From positions 1 through 62,530 of the IMG/VR virus record IMGVR_UViG_3300044691_000381: DNA of 62,530 bases; one strand, 5' to 3'. The notes under the pieces were generated by a model. It had not been told where the DNA came from and ran no database searches. It worked only from the letters and a program-made list of their open reading frames with translations. Every line of letters begins with the position of its first letter. Position 1 is the stretch's first letter. The translations under genes and the position numbers were made by a program. Below, piece after piece: positions 19,183 to 29,746 of this stretch. Origin of the DNA: a virus (taxonomy: Duplodnaviria > Caudoviricetes).

Positions 19183-22100
19183 ATGATGTCCGGCAAAAAT
19201 CAATCCGGCCAGGCCCCCACCGCGTTCGGCTCCATGCTGCAGGCCTCCACCTACGGGATGACCATTCCGGTGATCTACGGCCGCACCATCTCGCCCGCGC
19301 TCGCCATCTGGGCGAACAACCTGCGCCAGGCCGGATCCTCGAAGAAGTTCAAGCAGCTGAAGAAGGGCATCACCGCCTACTGCGAGAATATCGATTTCCT
19401 GCTCGGCAAGAATCCGATTCTGGGCACGCTGCAGTTCTACGTCAACAACGGCAAATATCCGCTGAACTTTGTTGCCTATTCGTTTGGCGCAGGGCTCTCC
19501 AGCAGGGTTCAGGTCGGTAATTTCGCGGGGTTACCCGATCCGAACTTCTATGCCGTGATCGGCGTCACCGTCGCGCAGACTTACACTGTGACCTTCGATG
19601 ATTATGGCGGGAGCGGACCGCGGACCCTTACGGGGAGCCACGAGATACCGCTATGGAATGAAGCCGTCTCCGGCCCCGATCCGACGCAAAACTCGGGGTA
19701 TCGCAATTGGCCTTATACCTATAGCTGGAAGCCCGGCGATGGCCCCTACGTCACCGTGAATACCTTCCTTGACGCCCTTCTGCTGAAGACGGTCACGATC
19801 CACTATGCTCAGCTCTCCTCTGCCACGATACCGGATACGCCGCTGAGCAAGCTGCGTCTGCACTGGGAGGCCCGGCTGGGCGATGGCGATGAGTACGACG
19901 GCAACATCCAGGGCACCTCCACGCCGCTCTCCACCCAGCAGATCATCTACGACGAGTACGCCGGCATCGGTTCGGCCTCGATCGACCTGGGCTCCAGCGG
20001 GACCATTCCTTCCATCAAGCCGGAGCTGCAGGGCAAGTTCGGCCTCTACCCCTCGGGCGACTGCGACTTCGTGGACATCATTGAAGACATCCTCAAGTCC
20101 GGAATCACGCAGGCAGGCATTGGCGGATCGGTCGGTTTTGGCGCGACCCAGCATGGGGTGGGCTGCTTCGATTATCCCGGCTGCATCCAGCAGAAGTCGT
20201 GGGGGGACACGGAATCTTTCACGAGAGCGCCTATCCCCTACAACCTCCCGGTGACTCTGGGTAACTTTCTCGTTGTTGTTGCTGCGACCAATGGAATAGG
20301 CGGAGCGGCGCTCAGTGTCTCCGACAGCTCCGGAAACACGTGGACGCCAGTCTTCAGCGGGGCCCCGAGTAATCAGGTGTGGTATGCCCAGGCGAATGCG
20401 AGCGGCCCCTGCACCGTTACCGTGACCGGGCAGTCTTTCGATTGGAGCACGATGCTGCTTGAGATTGCCGGAGTGGATACCTTCGACTCCGTCTCCATCG
20501 GCGCAAGCGGCACGGCGAGCATGACGACGACGAATGCACCGGGGCTCCCAGCCTATCTGCTGGCCTTTGGCCTTTATCCGGGTGCTTCTTTCTCGCAACC
20601 GGCAATACCGCAATGGAGTGTCCTGACTGCGAAAACCTATCTTGGCGTAAACCCCGCGGGCTATTCCGTGCAGGAGCGTTCCGTTCAATCGCCTGGAACG
20701 TATGCGATCTCGATTCCGTCCGCATCTCTCGCCGCGCAGTGCATCCTCGCGTTCAAATGCGTGCAGCCGCCGAGCAATCCCAAGCCTCTGGTTGACTTTC
20801 TCGATCAGCCCTCCGCCGACCTGACGCGCAAGCAATGCCGCGCCGCGGGGCTGTGGGGTTCGCTGTCGATGGCCTCGCAGAAGGCGGCTTCGGAGTGGAT
20901 TGGCGACCTGGTGACGGCGGCGAACTGCGCTCCGGTGTACTCCGGGTTCCGGCTGAAGCTGATTCCGCGCAGCGAGGTCTCGGCCGTGGGCAACGGCGCC
21001 GTCTATATCGCGCCGACTGCTTCCGGTCCGGTGGCGGATCTCGACGCGGATCGCGGCGACTTCATCGGCACCACGCCGATTCAATGCGTGCGGACCGCGC
21101 GTACGGACCTGGACACGGTGCTGCAGATGCAGCATCTGAACCGCAACTCCGATTACCAGCAGGTGGTGACGGCGGAGGCGGACCCGGCCAGCATCGCGCT
21201 CTATGGCACGCGCAAGAAAGATCCCATCGTCAACAATGCGATTCAGGATGTCGCGGTGGCGCAGCCGATCCTGCGCATCATGACGCGGCGGCAGAACTAT
21301 GTCGATCCGCTGGCCTACAAATTCAAGCTGAATGCGCGGTGGGGGCTGCTGGAGGCGATGGATCTGGTGACCATCACCGATCGCCAGCAGGGCATCTTCA
21401 AAGTGCCGGTGCGGCTGAAGAGCGTGGAGGAGGACGACAAGTACGAAAACGACTGCGAGGCGGAGCCGTTTATCTATGGCATCAGCGCGCCCCAGACCAT
21501 CGCGGTGACGAACCCGACATCCTACCGTCCGGGGACGAACGAGCAAGTCGTGATTGGCGTCAATTATCCCATCATCTTTGAGCCGACGCCACGCCTGGCC
21601 CATCAGACGAGTCCGGCGCAGATATGGTGCGTCGTCTCCGACTCTGACCCGAACTATGGTGGTTGCATACCCTATCTGTCGACCGATGGAGGACGGAGTT
21701 ACAGCCCAGTCAGCGATAGCCCGATCATCGGATCAGCTCTGCAGGGCGGGGTTACGGTAGATTGGCCGGCAAATACTGATCCAGATACAACAGACGACTT
21801 GGCCATATTTTTTCAGTCGACGTTGCCTGCCGGCGTTACTATTCCCAGCTATACCGCCGCCCAACGAGATAAGTTCCAATACCCTGCCTATGTTGGTTTT
21901 TCTCCGCATGCCACAAGCACTGCAGCCTTTACGGCCGGCGATTCTGCGCAGATAACAGAACTTGACGTCCTGTTCTCAGGGGCGACGCTCAACAACGCTC
22001 TTCCGAGTGACGCAACCATTCTCAACATCTTCCCCATGATCTACATGGAGACCCTGACAGCAGACTTTGGTTCGCCAGCAGTGGCGCAAGCTTACTATGG

Positions 22101-22836
22101 CACCGGAATGACGCCTACAAGCGGGGGGCTCAACCTGTTTGGTCCATTTACGGGGCCCTTTCCTGCCACTATTGGTTCAGCCACGCCGCCTAACATTGGC
22201 ACTTCTTTGACTGGGGCCGAGATTCGCTACAGGCTAACCCTACCGACTACCGGGGCTGCTGCATGCACTGGACATATCAGAGGTGTGGGGTGGGCGATCT
22301 TTTACAACAGCGCTGCGCCGATTATCGATCCGCTGGTGCTCGCACCCTTCGGTGCACCGGCGGGTTCTGGATGGGGATGGGCTGTACCTGGCACTGTTAC
22401 CCTCGGGCAGGTCGGAACTGGAACCAACGGGTCCATTGTGGCTAACGGCGCCGTCGCTCCTCCGGGAATGGGCTACGAGATTATCTCCTACAACAAGGCC
22501 ACTATGCATGGCCTCGGCGACTGGACGATCAATGCAACGGGGACAGGTAATGCTATTCGTCGCGGTGTAGATGCTGCTCCGGCCCCGGGAGTGGGAATGG
22601 ATCACCCGCCTGAGTCCCCGTTCGCGCTTCTCGATCCCGGCGGCGGAGGTCTCGTCAAAATCAACATGGACCCTGTCTGGATCGGAACGCAATTGTTGTT
22701 CAAATTCCTTCCCTTTAATACCTTTGGCGGCGTGACAGCGTTACTCGCCAATTGCCAAGCTTTCCCCTACACACCCACCGGCATCCCCGGCAACATCGGC
22801 CCGGCAACTGGCGGCATTCTGGTGAACGGAACATAA
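19183..22836 (+). CDS. Central tail / host-specificity protein (RcGTA gp15-like)
   Basis: YGMTIPVIYG, LEAMDLVTITD, YLSTDGG.SY, FKFLPFNTFG; 1217 aa after NlpC. Confidence 0.85.
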   Translation: MMSGKNQSGQAPTAFGSMLQASTYGMTIPVIYGRTISPALAIWANNLRQAGSSKKFKQLKKGITAYCENIDFLLGKNPILGTLQFYVNNGKYPLNFVAYSFGAGLSSRVQVGNFAGLPDPNFYAVIGVTVAQTYTVTFDDYGGSGPRTLTGSHEIPLWNEAVSGPDPTQNSGYRNWPYTYSWKPGDGPYVTVNTFLDALLLKTVTIHYAQLSSATIPDTPLSKLRLHWEARLGDGDEYDGNIQGTSTPLSTQQIIYDEYAGIGSASIDLGSSGTIPSIKPELQGKFGLYPSGDCDFVDIIEDILKSGITQAGIGGSVGFGATQHGVGCFDYPGCIQQKSWGDTESFTRAPIPYNLPVTLGNFLVVVAATNGIGGAALSVSDSSGNTWTPVFSGAPSNQVWYAQANASGPCTVTVTGQSFDWSTMLLEIAGVDTFDSVSIGASGTASMTTTNAPGLPAYLLAFGLYPGASFSQPAIPQWSVLTAKTYLGVNPAGYSVQERSVQSPGTYAISIPSASLAAQCILAFKCVQPPSNPKPLVDFLDQPSADLTRKQCRAAGLWGSLSMASQKAASEWIGDLVTAANCAPVYSGFRLKLIPRSEVSAVGNGAVYIAPTASGPVADLDADRGDFIGTTPIQCVRTARTDLDTVLQMQHLNRNSDYQQVVTAEADPASIALYGTRKKDPIVNNAIQDVAVAQPILRIMTRRQNYVDPLAYKFKLNARWGLLEAMDLVTITDRQQGIFKVPVRLKSVEEDDKYENDCEAEPFIYGISAPQTIAVTNPTSYRPGTNEQVVIGVNYPIIFEPTPRLAHQTSPAQIWCVVSDSDPNYGGCIPYLSTDGGRSYSPVSDSPIIGSALQGGVTVDWPANTDPDTTDDLAIFFQSTLPAGVTIPSYTAAQRDKFQYPAYVGFSPHATSTAAFTAGDSAQITELDVLFSGATLNNALPSDATILNIFPMIYMETLTADFGSPAVAQAYYGTGMTPTSGGLNLFGPFTGPFPATIGSATPPNIGTSLTGAEIRYRLTLPTTGAAACTGHIRGVGWAIFYNSAAPIIDPLVLAPFGAPAGSGWGWAVPGTVTLGQVGTGTNGSIVANGAVAPPGMGYEIISYNKATMHGLGDWTINATGTGNAIRRGVDAAPAPGVGMDHPPESPFALLDPGGGGLVKINMDPVWIGTQLLFKFLPFNTFGGVTALLANCQAFPYTPTGIPGNIGPATGGILVNGT

Positions 22837-22838
22837 AA

Positions 22839-25184
22839 ATGGCGACTGAGAAGAATTTCCAAGGGGCAGATCCAGCGGCACCAGCAGGGGCCAGAAATGT
22901 AACCTGGCAGGTTGACCCTGCGACCGCGGGCACCGATGCGACTACAGGCCAGCCGTACTTCAACACGTCGGCCTACATGCCCGACATGGTGGGGGATACC
23001 GGCTCGGGCGGGAAGGACGGGCTTGTTCCAGCTCCTCCAGCGGGTTCGGCGGCTGCGGGTAAGTTCCTGAAGGCGGATGGGACGTTTGCTGTGCCAACGC
23101 CGACGGGCGCTGCCGGTGGGGATCTCTCGGGCACCTACCCGAACCCCACTGTCGTCAAGATCAATGGAACCTCGCTCGCCGGGCTTGCGACCGGGCTGCT
23201 GAAGAATACGACGGGCACAGGTGTACCTTCCATTGCGGTAGCGGCCGACATTCCAAACATCGCCGAGTCTCAGGTAACCAACCTTGTGACGGACCTTGCG
23301 GCGAAGGTGCCTACGAGCACGACGGTTAACGGTCATCCGCTGTCATCCAACGTCGTGGTGTCGGCCTCTGACCTGACGATCGGGCTGCTGGCAGTAGCGC
23401 AGGGAGGAACCGGAACGGCTTCGCCTGGAATCGTGGCTGGGACGAATGTGACCGTTACAGGGACTTGGCCTAATCAGACCGTCAGTGCCTCCGGCGTCAG
23501 CGGTGGTGGTGGTTATGTGCCCGCACTCTTATTGGCTCCACCGGCACTCGGTGCATGGACCTGGTTCAATCAAGGATCGGCCACGGCTACCTACAGCAAC
23601 AGCATGCTGACAATAGTTGCACCAGCCTCAGCCTCTTTTTCACTTCGTGGACTTACCCAGCCGCTTACCTCAACGCCCTATCAGTTCGCAGCTACCTTCA
23701 GACCGTTCATCATGGCTGATGGGCACAGCTATGCGGCAGGTATATGCCTGCGAAATGGCGCTGGAAATTTAATCTTTATGTATTTAGGCAGCTTCGGAAC
23801 AGGAGGTGCACTGCGCATAGGTGTGAGCCGGTATACCAATCCCACTACGTTTTCAGCTAACGTAATTGATATTGCCAACCCCAATCTTAGCGAGAACGGA
23901 AACATCTCTTTCCAGATTCAAGAAACAGCCACTACGCGCACTTATCGTTGGTCAAGCGATGACGGTAATAGTTGGTTCACGCTTGCAAGTGAAGCTGTAG
24001 GCAGTTTTCTTACTCCAACACAAGTAGGCATAGTTGCTGACTCAGAAAACGCGGCATCTGCTGCAGCAAACACGCTGGTTGGATGGAGTCTCAACTATCC
24101 CACAGGCTTTTCTGTCAATAGCAGTGGCGGTGGTGGAGGTGGGGGATTCGCTAATCCCATGACCACAGCAGGTGACTTGATCGAAGGTGGCTCAGGGGGA
24201 TCGGCTGGTAGGTTACCAGTAGGCACCGCAGGACAAGTTCTTACTGTTGTAGCCGGTGTTCCGGCCTGGGCTGCGTCTGGCGGCGGTGGCTTTGCGCCTG
24301 CAAACACATATTTTGTTGGGCTTTCAGGATGCCCGTACACTACAATTGCTGCGGCTATCGCAGCCATCAACGGAGGCGCAGCACCTACAGAGAGCACTCA
24401 AGCGGTCATCTTTATCTACCCCGGCCTATACACGATGACCTCTGTAATCACAGTGCCGCAATGGGTTTCTGTCGTCGGCGTCCAAAGCAATTTCCCTGTC
24501 ATTCTCCAAAACAATACGACGGACATCTTTACGTGTGCTGGCTTCAATCAGTTTGAAAATCTAACAATTGCCCAAGGGAGTGCGATTAACACATGGGTCT
24601 TCAATGTCGGGAATAACTCCGATGTGAATATCATGCGGTGCGCGATGTGGCCGACCCTCGGCACCGCAGGTAGTTACAATCAAGGCTTTCTCTTTGCTAG
24701 TGGGGCTAACTGGGCAAGACTTTCCGCAAAGAATTGCACTATCAATAATGGGATGACCAACAACAACACCGGAGGATGGTTTGGTGGTTCTCAGTATTGC
24801 GTGGTGCTCATCAACACTTCGGCTGCGGTTCGTTTCTGCGATGCCTGGTTTCAGGAGTGCTTTTTTGATTGCTACCAACTTACAGCATTTGGTGGCGGAT
24901 TCCAACTTCTGAACGTGCAGGATGTCAGGATTGAGCGTTGCACACTTCGCGGTGCAAATACATGGAACACAAGTATTCGATGCACCTATGTGGCTGGCGT
25001 CACCGGAACTCCCCAAGTCGAAGTGCGCCACTGCTACACGACAGGCGGCGTGAGTGTTTTCAACGATGCGAACACGAACATTATCATCATCAACTCTGAT
25101 TGTTCAGGATGGGCCTCCAGCGGCACATCAACGATCCACAATAGCTACACGGGAGCCGCATATAACCCGCTGGGGCCGATCTAG
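22839..25184 (+). CDS. Tail fibre / receptor-binding protein
   Basis: GLVPAP..GKFLKADG, AGGDLSGTYPNPTV, VAQGGTG fibre motifs; lectin-like middle; C-terminal beta-helix (YTTIAAAI..IYPGLY). Confidence 0.85.
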   Translation: MATEKNFQGADPAAPAGARNVTWQVDPATAGTDATTGQPYFNTSAYMPDMVGDTGSGGKDGLVPAPPAGSAAAGKFLKADGTFAVPTPTGAAGGDLSGTYPNPTVVKINGTSLAGLATGLLKNTTGTGVPSIAVAADIPNIAESQVTNLVTDLAAKVPTSTTVNGHPLSSNVVVSASDLTIGLLAVAQGGTGTASPGIVAGTNVTVTGTWPNQTVSASGVSGGGGYVPALLLAPPALGAWTWFNQGSATATYSNSMLTIVAPASASFSLRGLTQPLTSTPYQFAATFRPFIMADGHSYAAGICLRNGAGNLIFMYLGSFGTGGALRIGVSRYTNPTTFSANVIDIANPNLSENGNISFQIQETATTRTYRWSSDDGNSWFTLASEAVGSFLTPTQVGIVADSENAASAAANTLVGWSLNYPTGFSVNSSGGGGGGGFANPMTTAGDLIEGGSGGSAGRLPVGTAGQVLTVVAGVPAWAASGGGGFAPANTYFVGLSGCPYTTIAAAIAAINGGAAPTESTQAVIFIYPGLYTMTSVITVPQWVSVVGVQSNFPVILQNNTTDIFTCAGFNQFENLTIAQGSAINTWVFNVGNNSDVNIMRCAMWPTLGTAGSYNQGFLFASGANWARLSAKNCTINNGMTNNNTGGWFGGSQYCVVLINTSAAVRFCDAWFQECFFDCYQLTAFGGGFQLLNVQDVRIERCTLRGANTWNTSIRCTYVAGVTGTPQVEVRHCYTTGGVSVFNDANTNIIIINSDCSGWASSGTSTIHNSYTGAAYNPLGPI

Positions 25185-25205
25185 TGCTTATCGACTTAGT
25201 TCGCA

Positions 25206-25352
25206 TTACACCTCTTCCCAGCCTTCGGGAGGCCAGCGGTTGCAGGTATAGCACTGCGAAAGCCTAGCGCCTTGGCTGTTTTTGTAGTGGCGGATCTTGT
25301 GTCGGAAGATGACGGCGTGAAAGGCGAGACCAATACGGCGGAATAAGTTCAT
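25206..25352 (-). CDS. Small hypothetical protein (48 aa)
   Basis: Read by hand: MNLFRRIGLAFHAVIFRHKIRHYKNSQGARLSQCYTCNRWPPEGWEEV; GAGGA SD. Confidence 0.55.
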   Translation of the reverse strand: MNLFRRIGLAFHAVIFRHKIRHYKNSQGARLSQCYTCNRWPPEGWEEV

Positions 25353-25418
25353 GTGTCCTCATCTCTAGTGTCCGAAGGCCTACCACCCTACCATCCTCCA
25401 CACCGCAAACCAAGCGGG

Positions 25419-26903
25419 CTAGTGCGTGGCGGGATCAGTGAGACGGAACACGTGATAGGTTCCGTCCGTTTTGAGTGGATAGACCTTCCATCCAAGGCCC
25501 CGCAGTTCTGAAACAAGATAGAACGTGGGCGGCCAGTCATCGAACAGGATGAGATACTGGGCACCGCTTTGCCGGGCAAGATCCGCAACGGCTGTACTGC
25601 GCAGTCTTCCCGCGCTCGGCAGGGTGAACGCTCGGTTGAGCGGGATCGCAGAGGGCGTCTTCAGCCCAACCATATCGACGACGCGGAAATGTGTCGCATA
25701 AGCGATATAGCCAGCATCGTGCACGAGGAGAGTTGAGTCGGGTTGCAAGTTGCGCGTGCACCACGTCGCCACGTCGTGCACGCCGTCGCCGAACCGTCGG
25801 CAATCGCGCACGTAGAAGTTGACCGCGACAACCGCAAAGACGAGCGAATAGACGAGAGAGAGGTATAAAAGTCGCCGTGCGCGGCGATCGGTGCGCAGGC
25901 GATCACCGAGAGCCCAGATGAAAATCGGGATCAGAATGACGGGATACCGGCTGCGGTTCCAGCCCATCGCTCCGGGAAACTGCAGGTAGATTGAGAGGTA
26001 AAAGGCACCAATGAATAGCAGCATTCCCCGTCCCAGCATGGTCCGAAAAAGCTGCCGGCCAGCCACGCACAGTAACCCAGCGCTGAGCAGGAAGCCAAAA
26101 AAAGAACTGGACTCCACGACAATCTTCGCAATCCATCGCCATCTTGACTCGGCGAAAAAAGCCTGTTTCGCGATCCCGGTCTGCGGGAACGGCAAACCTG
26201 TTGCATGGAAATACCATGCTGCACAGAGAGCAATCGGCAGTAGCGCTAAGGCGAAGACGATCACGATGCGCGATGACCCGCTGCGTTTGAGATGCAGCCT
26301 GCCCACGAGGATCAGAACGACAATCCCCGCGAACGGCAGTAGGTCTGGCCGAATGCTCGCGGTAGCGCCAGCGGCGGCTGCTGCCCACGGCCACCAGCGC
26401 GGGCTGTCGGACGCGAGAGCAAGCGTCCATGCGATACCGGCAAGCGCCCACGACGTCTCAAGACCGTTCAGCAAGTGATAGGGCACGTAGGACGCCGTAA
26501 GGCCAAGCAGGAAGAGCAAAGTGCCGTCGCGGCGAGAGAGATGGAAAGCGCGGGCCATCCGGAGCAGACCTAAGCAATAGAAGAGGACGCCAAGCCAGCA
26601 AGCGAAATCGAGTGCGGCAATAGGTTGCAACGCAAAGAGAAGCAAGTAGACCAGGCCAAGGAACGGCGCGCTGGTCGCCCCAAAGAGTGGAGAAATTCCA
26701 GGATAGTTGCGGTCGTATCCGGAATGCAGGACTTGAGCCGAGTGGAGGGTAATGTAACCGTCATCGAGAGGGAAGACGGGCACTGAACGCAGCGCGTGGA
26801 TGAGAATGAAGCACAAAGCCACGAAAGCTACGGCTAAGCCATAATCCTTGCTCGCCTGCAACACTGTAGGCCGTGCGGGCGCTGGCATAGTGACCGTACT
26901 CAC
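25419..26903 (-). CDS. Polytopic membrane glycosyltransferase, GT-C-like (moron)
   Basis: DDGYI after TM1, GATS, GLET, IRPD, many TMs, C-terminal HDAGYIAY..VVDMVGL. Confidence 0.75.
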   Translation of the reverse strand: MSTVTMPAPARPTVLQASKDYGLAVAFVALCFILIHALRSVPVFPLDDGYITLHSAQVLHSGYDRNYPGISPLFGATSAPFLGLVYLLLFALQPIAALDFACWLGVLFYCLGLLRMARAFHLSRRDGTLLFLLGLTASYVPYHLLNGLETSWALAGIAWTLALASDSPRWWPWAAAAAGATASIRPDLLPFAGIVVLILVGRLHLKRSGSSRIVIVFALALLPIALCAAWYFHATGLPFPQTGIAKQAFFAESRWRWIAKIVVESSSFFGFLLSAGLLCVAGRQLFRTMLGRGMLLFIGAFYLSIYLQFPGAMGWNRSRYPVILIPIFIWALGDRLRTDRRARRLLYLSLVYSLVFAVVAVNFYVRDCRRFGDGVHDVATWCTRNLQPDSTLLVHDAGYIAYATHFRVVDMVGLKTPSAIPLNRAFTLPSAGRLRSTAVADLARQSGAQYLILFDDWPPTFYLVSELRGLGWKVYPLKTDGTYHVFRLTDPATH

Positions 26904-27004
26904 AGGGAAACTCCGCGGTTCAAGTGAAGGACAACTTTTGTCTGTATAGAGCTACCACCCTACCACCCAAGATTCAACAATTCCAGCAAATTTCAGGAGT
27001 TTCC

Positions 27005-29155
27005 ATGAAAAAGCTACTCTACGCAGCGGCTTGCGCCTTCCTGTGCCTCCCCGCGCTCGCCCAGACGAAGTGGTACGTCCGCCCTGATGGAGGCACCCGG
27101 TACTCTTCCAGCGCTACAAACGGGCAATGCAACGGCAAGTTTGACGCTTCCTACGCCTCGACTGGGGGTACGGGAACCAATCAAAACTGCGCCTTCAATG
27201 ACCCTCGCTACCTCTGGACAGACAAGAGCGGAAGCCCGCGCGCCTGGGTGATTGCAGGCAGCGATATTGCGACCATTCGCGGCGGCCCTTGGCGCATTGG
27301 CTCCGACACCGACGGAACCGTGAACGGTTCATGGTGCCCTGACGGCAATCAGATGTGCTACCCGCCTGACCCTCCGGCTGGTACAGCATCGGCCCATACG
27401 ATCATTCAGGGCGAGAACTGCATCAACGGTTGCCCATCCGTAAGCGGAATCGGACCCGACACCACGAAACTCGTGGAACTCTATGGAGGTTTCGGACTCT
27501 ACAAAGTCATACAGCAGAGTTCCGCGCACGTGACATGGAAGGGCTTCGGCGTCACCCGGCACAGCGACTGTATCCAGCATGGTCAGCCAGCTTTGCCTTC
27601 AGTCTGTAACAGAAATCCACCATTCTCCGATTACGCGGTTGGTGGCATCAACACCGGCCCGACTACGGACGACGTGCTCTTTCAAGATATGTGGGTGCAT
27701 GGGTTCCCCGATAGAGGAGTCTTGGGAGCGATCGGCGGAACGGTTACCGCTGAACGCGTGCAGATCAGCTACAACGGAATGGCAGGTTGGGACTTCGACG
27801 ACGGCAACCAAACCCCCAGCGCCAACAACCCGACGTGGAACTTCCTCGATTCGATCATAGAGTTTTCAGGGTGCAATCAGGAGTACCCATACACCCACGC
27901 GATTCCGGTCTCAAGCTGCTACTCACAGAGCACCGGAGGCTATGGTGATGGTGTTGGGACTCCTCCGGGTACCGCGCTCAATATCAACGTGAAGAACTCC
28001 ATCTCCCGATACAACACGCAAGACGGGATGGACCCGGGCCACGTCGATACGGGAGCATCTACGCTGAGCGTCACCAATTCTCAGTTCTACGGCAACGGCG
28101 GCCAGCAGTTCAAGTGGGGATACAACTTCACTTCCGCAACGTTTACAAATAACCTCGTCGTGGGCAACTGCAACCGCATGTCGGCTCCCCTTGCCGGGGC
28201 ACCCTCAACCTATAACGCAAACCTAAGCGATTTCTGCCGTGCAGGCTCGACGATCTCATGGAACCTTCGCGACGGGCAGACCGGGAATCTCTCCAATAAC
28301 ACCATCTTCTCCTATGGGCCTGTGGCGTTTGTGCTCGGCTGCTCCACTGTTGGTGGATGTCCGCATTCGACGACGACCATTCAGGGAAACATCATTCTCG
28401 GCTATGACAACCAGTCGATCTACAACAATGGCGGTCAGGCTGGGGGGCCGGGCTTCCTGTACTGCCAGGACAATACGACGAATGGCACAGGGGTCAACTG
28501 CGCTCAGATGGGAATCATCAACCGGAGCAACAACACTCTCTTTGGACTCCGCAGCGCCACGCTGGCACCAACTGAGATCGGGAGCGACCCCAGGTTTGTG
28601 GGCGAGGCCCCTCCGTTCATCAACACCTCACCGCTGGCCTTGACATTGGCTCAGGCAACGGCAAACGAGCAGAGCCTGGATGTCTACTCGGCAACCTTCC
28701 CAGTATTGAGCGCTGGCAGCCCCTCAGCAGGGCAGGGAGCTACGAGTACCAGCACCGTGCAACCGCCTCCCCCACCGCCTCCAGCCGTTATCCCAACCAC
28801 GCCGACGATCACATGGGGCAACCCGGCCTCGATCGTCTACGGAACCGCACTTTCCAGTACGCAACTCAACGCCAAGGCATCCATCCTCGGCTCGTTTACC
28901 TATTCTCCCGCGGCCGGAACTGTGCCTGCCGTTGGAACGGATACGCTCTCGGTCACCTTTGTGCCTACCGACACAACAGACTTCACCAACGCCACGGCAA
29001 GCGTGCAGATTGTGGTAACAGCGCCCGTCGTCATTCCGCCGCCGCCGCCTCCAGTGCCGACGCCGAAGGCCTTCACCTTTACCATCACCCACTCCGAGAC
29101 CATCACCTGTACGCCTACCTTATCCGGCAACGCCTACAAGTGGACCTGTAAATAG
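27005..29155 (+). CDS. Secreted parallel beta-helix protein with Pro linkers and Ig-like repeat (moron)
   Basis: Signal peptide MKKLLYAAACAFLCLPALA-Q; WYVRPDGG; Asn/Gly-rich repeats; TPTITW.NPASIVYGTALSSTQLNA..GSFTYSPAAGTV module. Confidence 0.8.
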   Translation: MKKLLYAAACAFLCLPALAQTKWYVRPDGGTRYSSSATNGQCNGKFDASYASTGGTGTNQNCAFNDPRYLWTDKSGSPRAWVIAGSDIATIRGGPWRIGSDTDGTVNGSWCPDGNQMCYPPDPPAGTASAHTIIQGENCINGCPSVSGIGPDTTKLVELYGGFGLYKVIQQSSAHVTWKGFGVTRHSDCIQHGQPALPSVCNRNPPFSDYAVGGINTGPTTDDVLFQDMWVHGFPDRGVLGAIGGTVTAERVQISYNGMAGWDFDDGNQTPSANNPTWNFLDSIIEFSGCNQEYPYTHAIPVSSCYSQSTGGYGDGVGTPPGTALNINVKNSISRYNTQDGMDPGHVDTGASTLSVTNSQFYGNGGQQFKWGYNFTSATFTNNLVVGNCNRMSAPLAGAPSTYNANLSDFCRAGSTISWNLRDGQTGNLSNNTIFSYGPVAFVLGCSTVGGCPHSTTTIQGNIILGYDNQSIYNNGGQAGGPGFLYCQDNTTNGTGVNCAQMGIINRSNNTLFGLRSATLAPTEIGSDPRFVGEAPPFINTSPLALTLAQATANEQSLDVYSATFPVLSAGSPSAGQGATSTSTVQPPPPPPPAVIPTTPTITWGNPASIVYGTALSSTQLNAKASILGSFTYSPAAGTVPAVGTDTLSVTFVPTDTTDFTNATASVQIVVTAPVVIPPPPPPVPTPKAFTFTITHSETITCTPTLSGNAYKWTCK

Positions 29156-29156
29156 G

Positions 29157-29182
29157 CAACAGAAAAGCCCTCCGAAGAGGGC
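29157..29182 (-). terminator. Minus-strand intrinsic terminator
   Basis: On - strand GCCCTC-TTCG-GAGGGC-TTTTCTGTTG. Confidence 0.65.
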
Positions 29183-29272
29183 CATCTGAGCGCCCGATAG
29201 GAGACTTTCTAGATCATCCCGTCAAGCTAGGCTTTTGCTTGAACCAAGCATACCACCGAATAAGAGGACAAC

Positions 29273-29746
29273 ATGGACAGAGCTCTAATTGAGAATCTGA
29301 TAGAGAAGCACGAAGGGCGGCGGCACGGCGTCTACAAGGACACATTCGGCAACCTGACTATCGGCGTCGGCTGGAATCTTGAGGATGCCGATTCGGAGAC
29401 GATCTGCGAACACTTCGGACTGAGACTGTCCGACTTGAGGTGTGGACTCGCCACCCTCACCGATTCTCAGATCAGCCAAGTGTTCGACTACCAGGTGACG
29501 GCCGTAATTTCTGCGGCCATGAGCATCTTCCCAAACTTCGTCAACATGCCGGATGGCGTTCAGGCTGTGGTGTGCGACCTCATCTTCAATATGGGAGAGA
29601 CGCGCTTCCGGAAGTTTGTCAGCACCATTGCAGTGCTGAAGGCTGGGGACTGGAAGCAGGCTGCAAACGACCTCACAAGTTCTCTGTGGTTCCATCAGGT
29701 AGGGCACCGGGCAACGGAGGATGTTGCGCTACTGAGATCGGCGTAG
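29273..29746 (+). CDS. Endolysin (GH24, T4-lysozyme-like)
   Basis: Catalytic E-x8-D-x5-T (HEGRRHGVYKDTFGNLTIGVG), FNMG, W..QVG.RA. Confidence 0.92.
   Translation: MDRALIENLIEKHEGRRHGVYKDTFGNLTIGVGWNLEDADSETICEHFGLRLSDLRCGLATLTDSQISQVFDYQVTAVISAAMSIFPNFVNMPDGVQAVVCDLIFNMGETRFRKFVSTIAVLKAGDWKQAANDLTSSLWFHQVGHRATEDVALLRSA

Noticed and set aside
19651-21603. Long antisense ORFs (also 13399-14979, 15061-16092, 8509-9390, 42056-43099)
   Set aside because: Shadow frames of GC-rich genes, no motifs or coupling
16645-22836. Gene transfer agent
   Set aside because: Tail tip is RcGTA-like, but the element has its own replication, integration and lysis genes
22839-25184. Diversity-generating retroelement or invertible tail-fibre cassette
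   Set aside because: No reverse transcriptase, invertase or template/variable repeat pair seen
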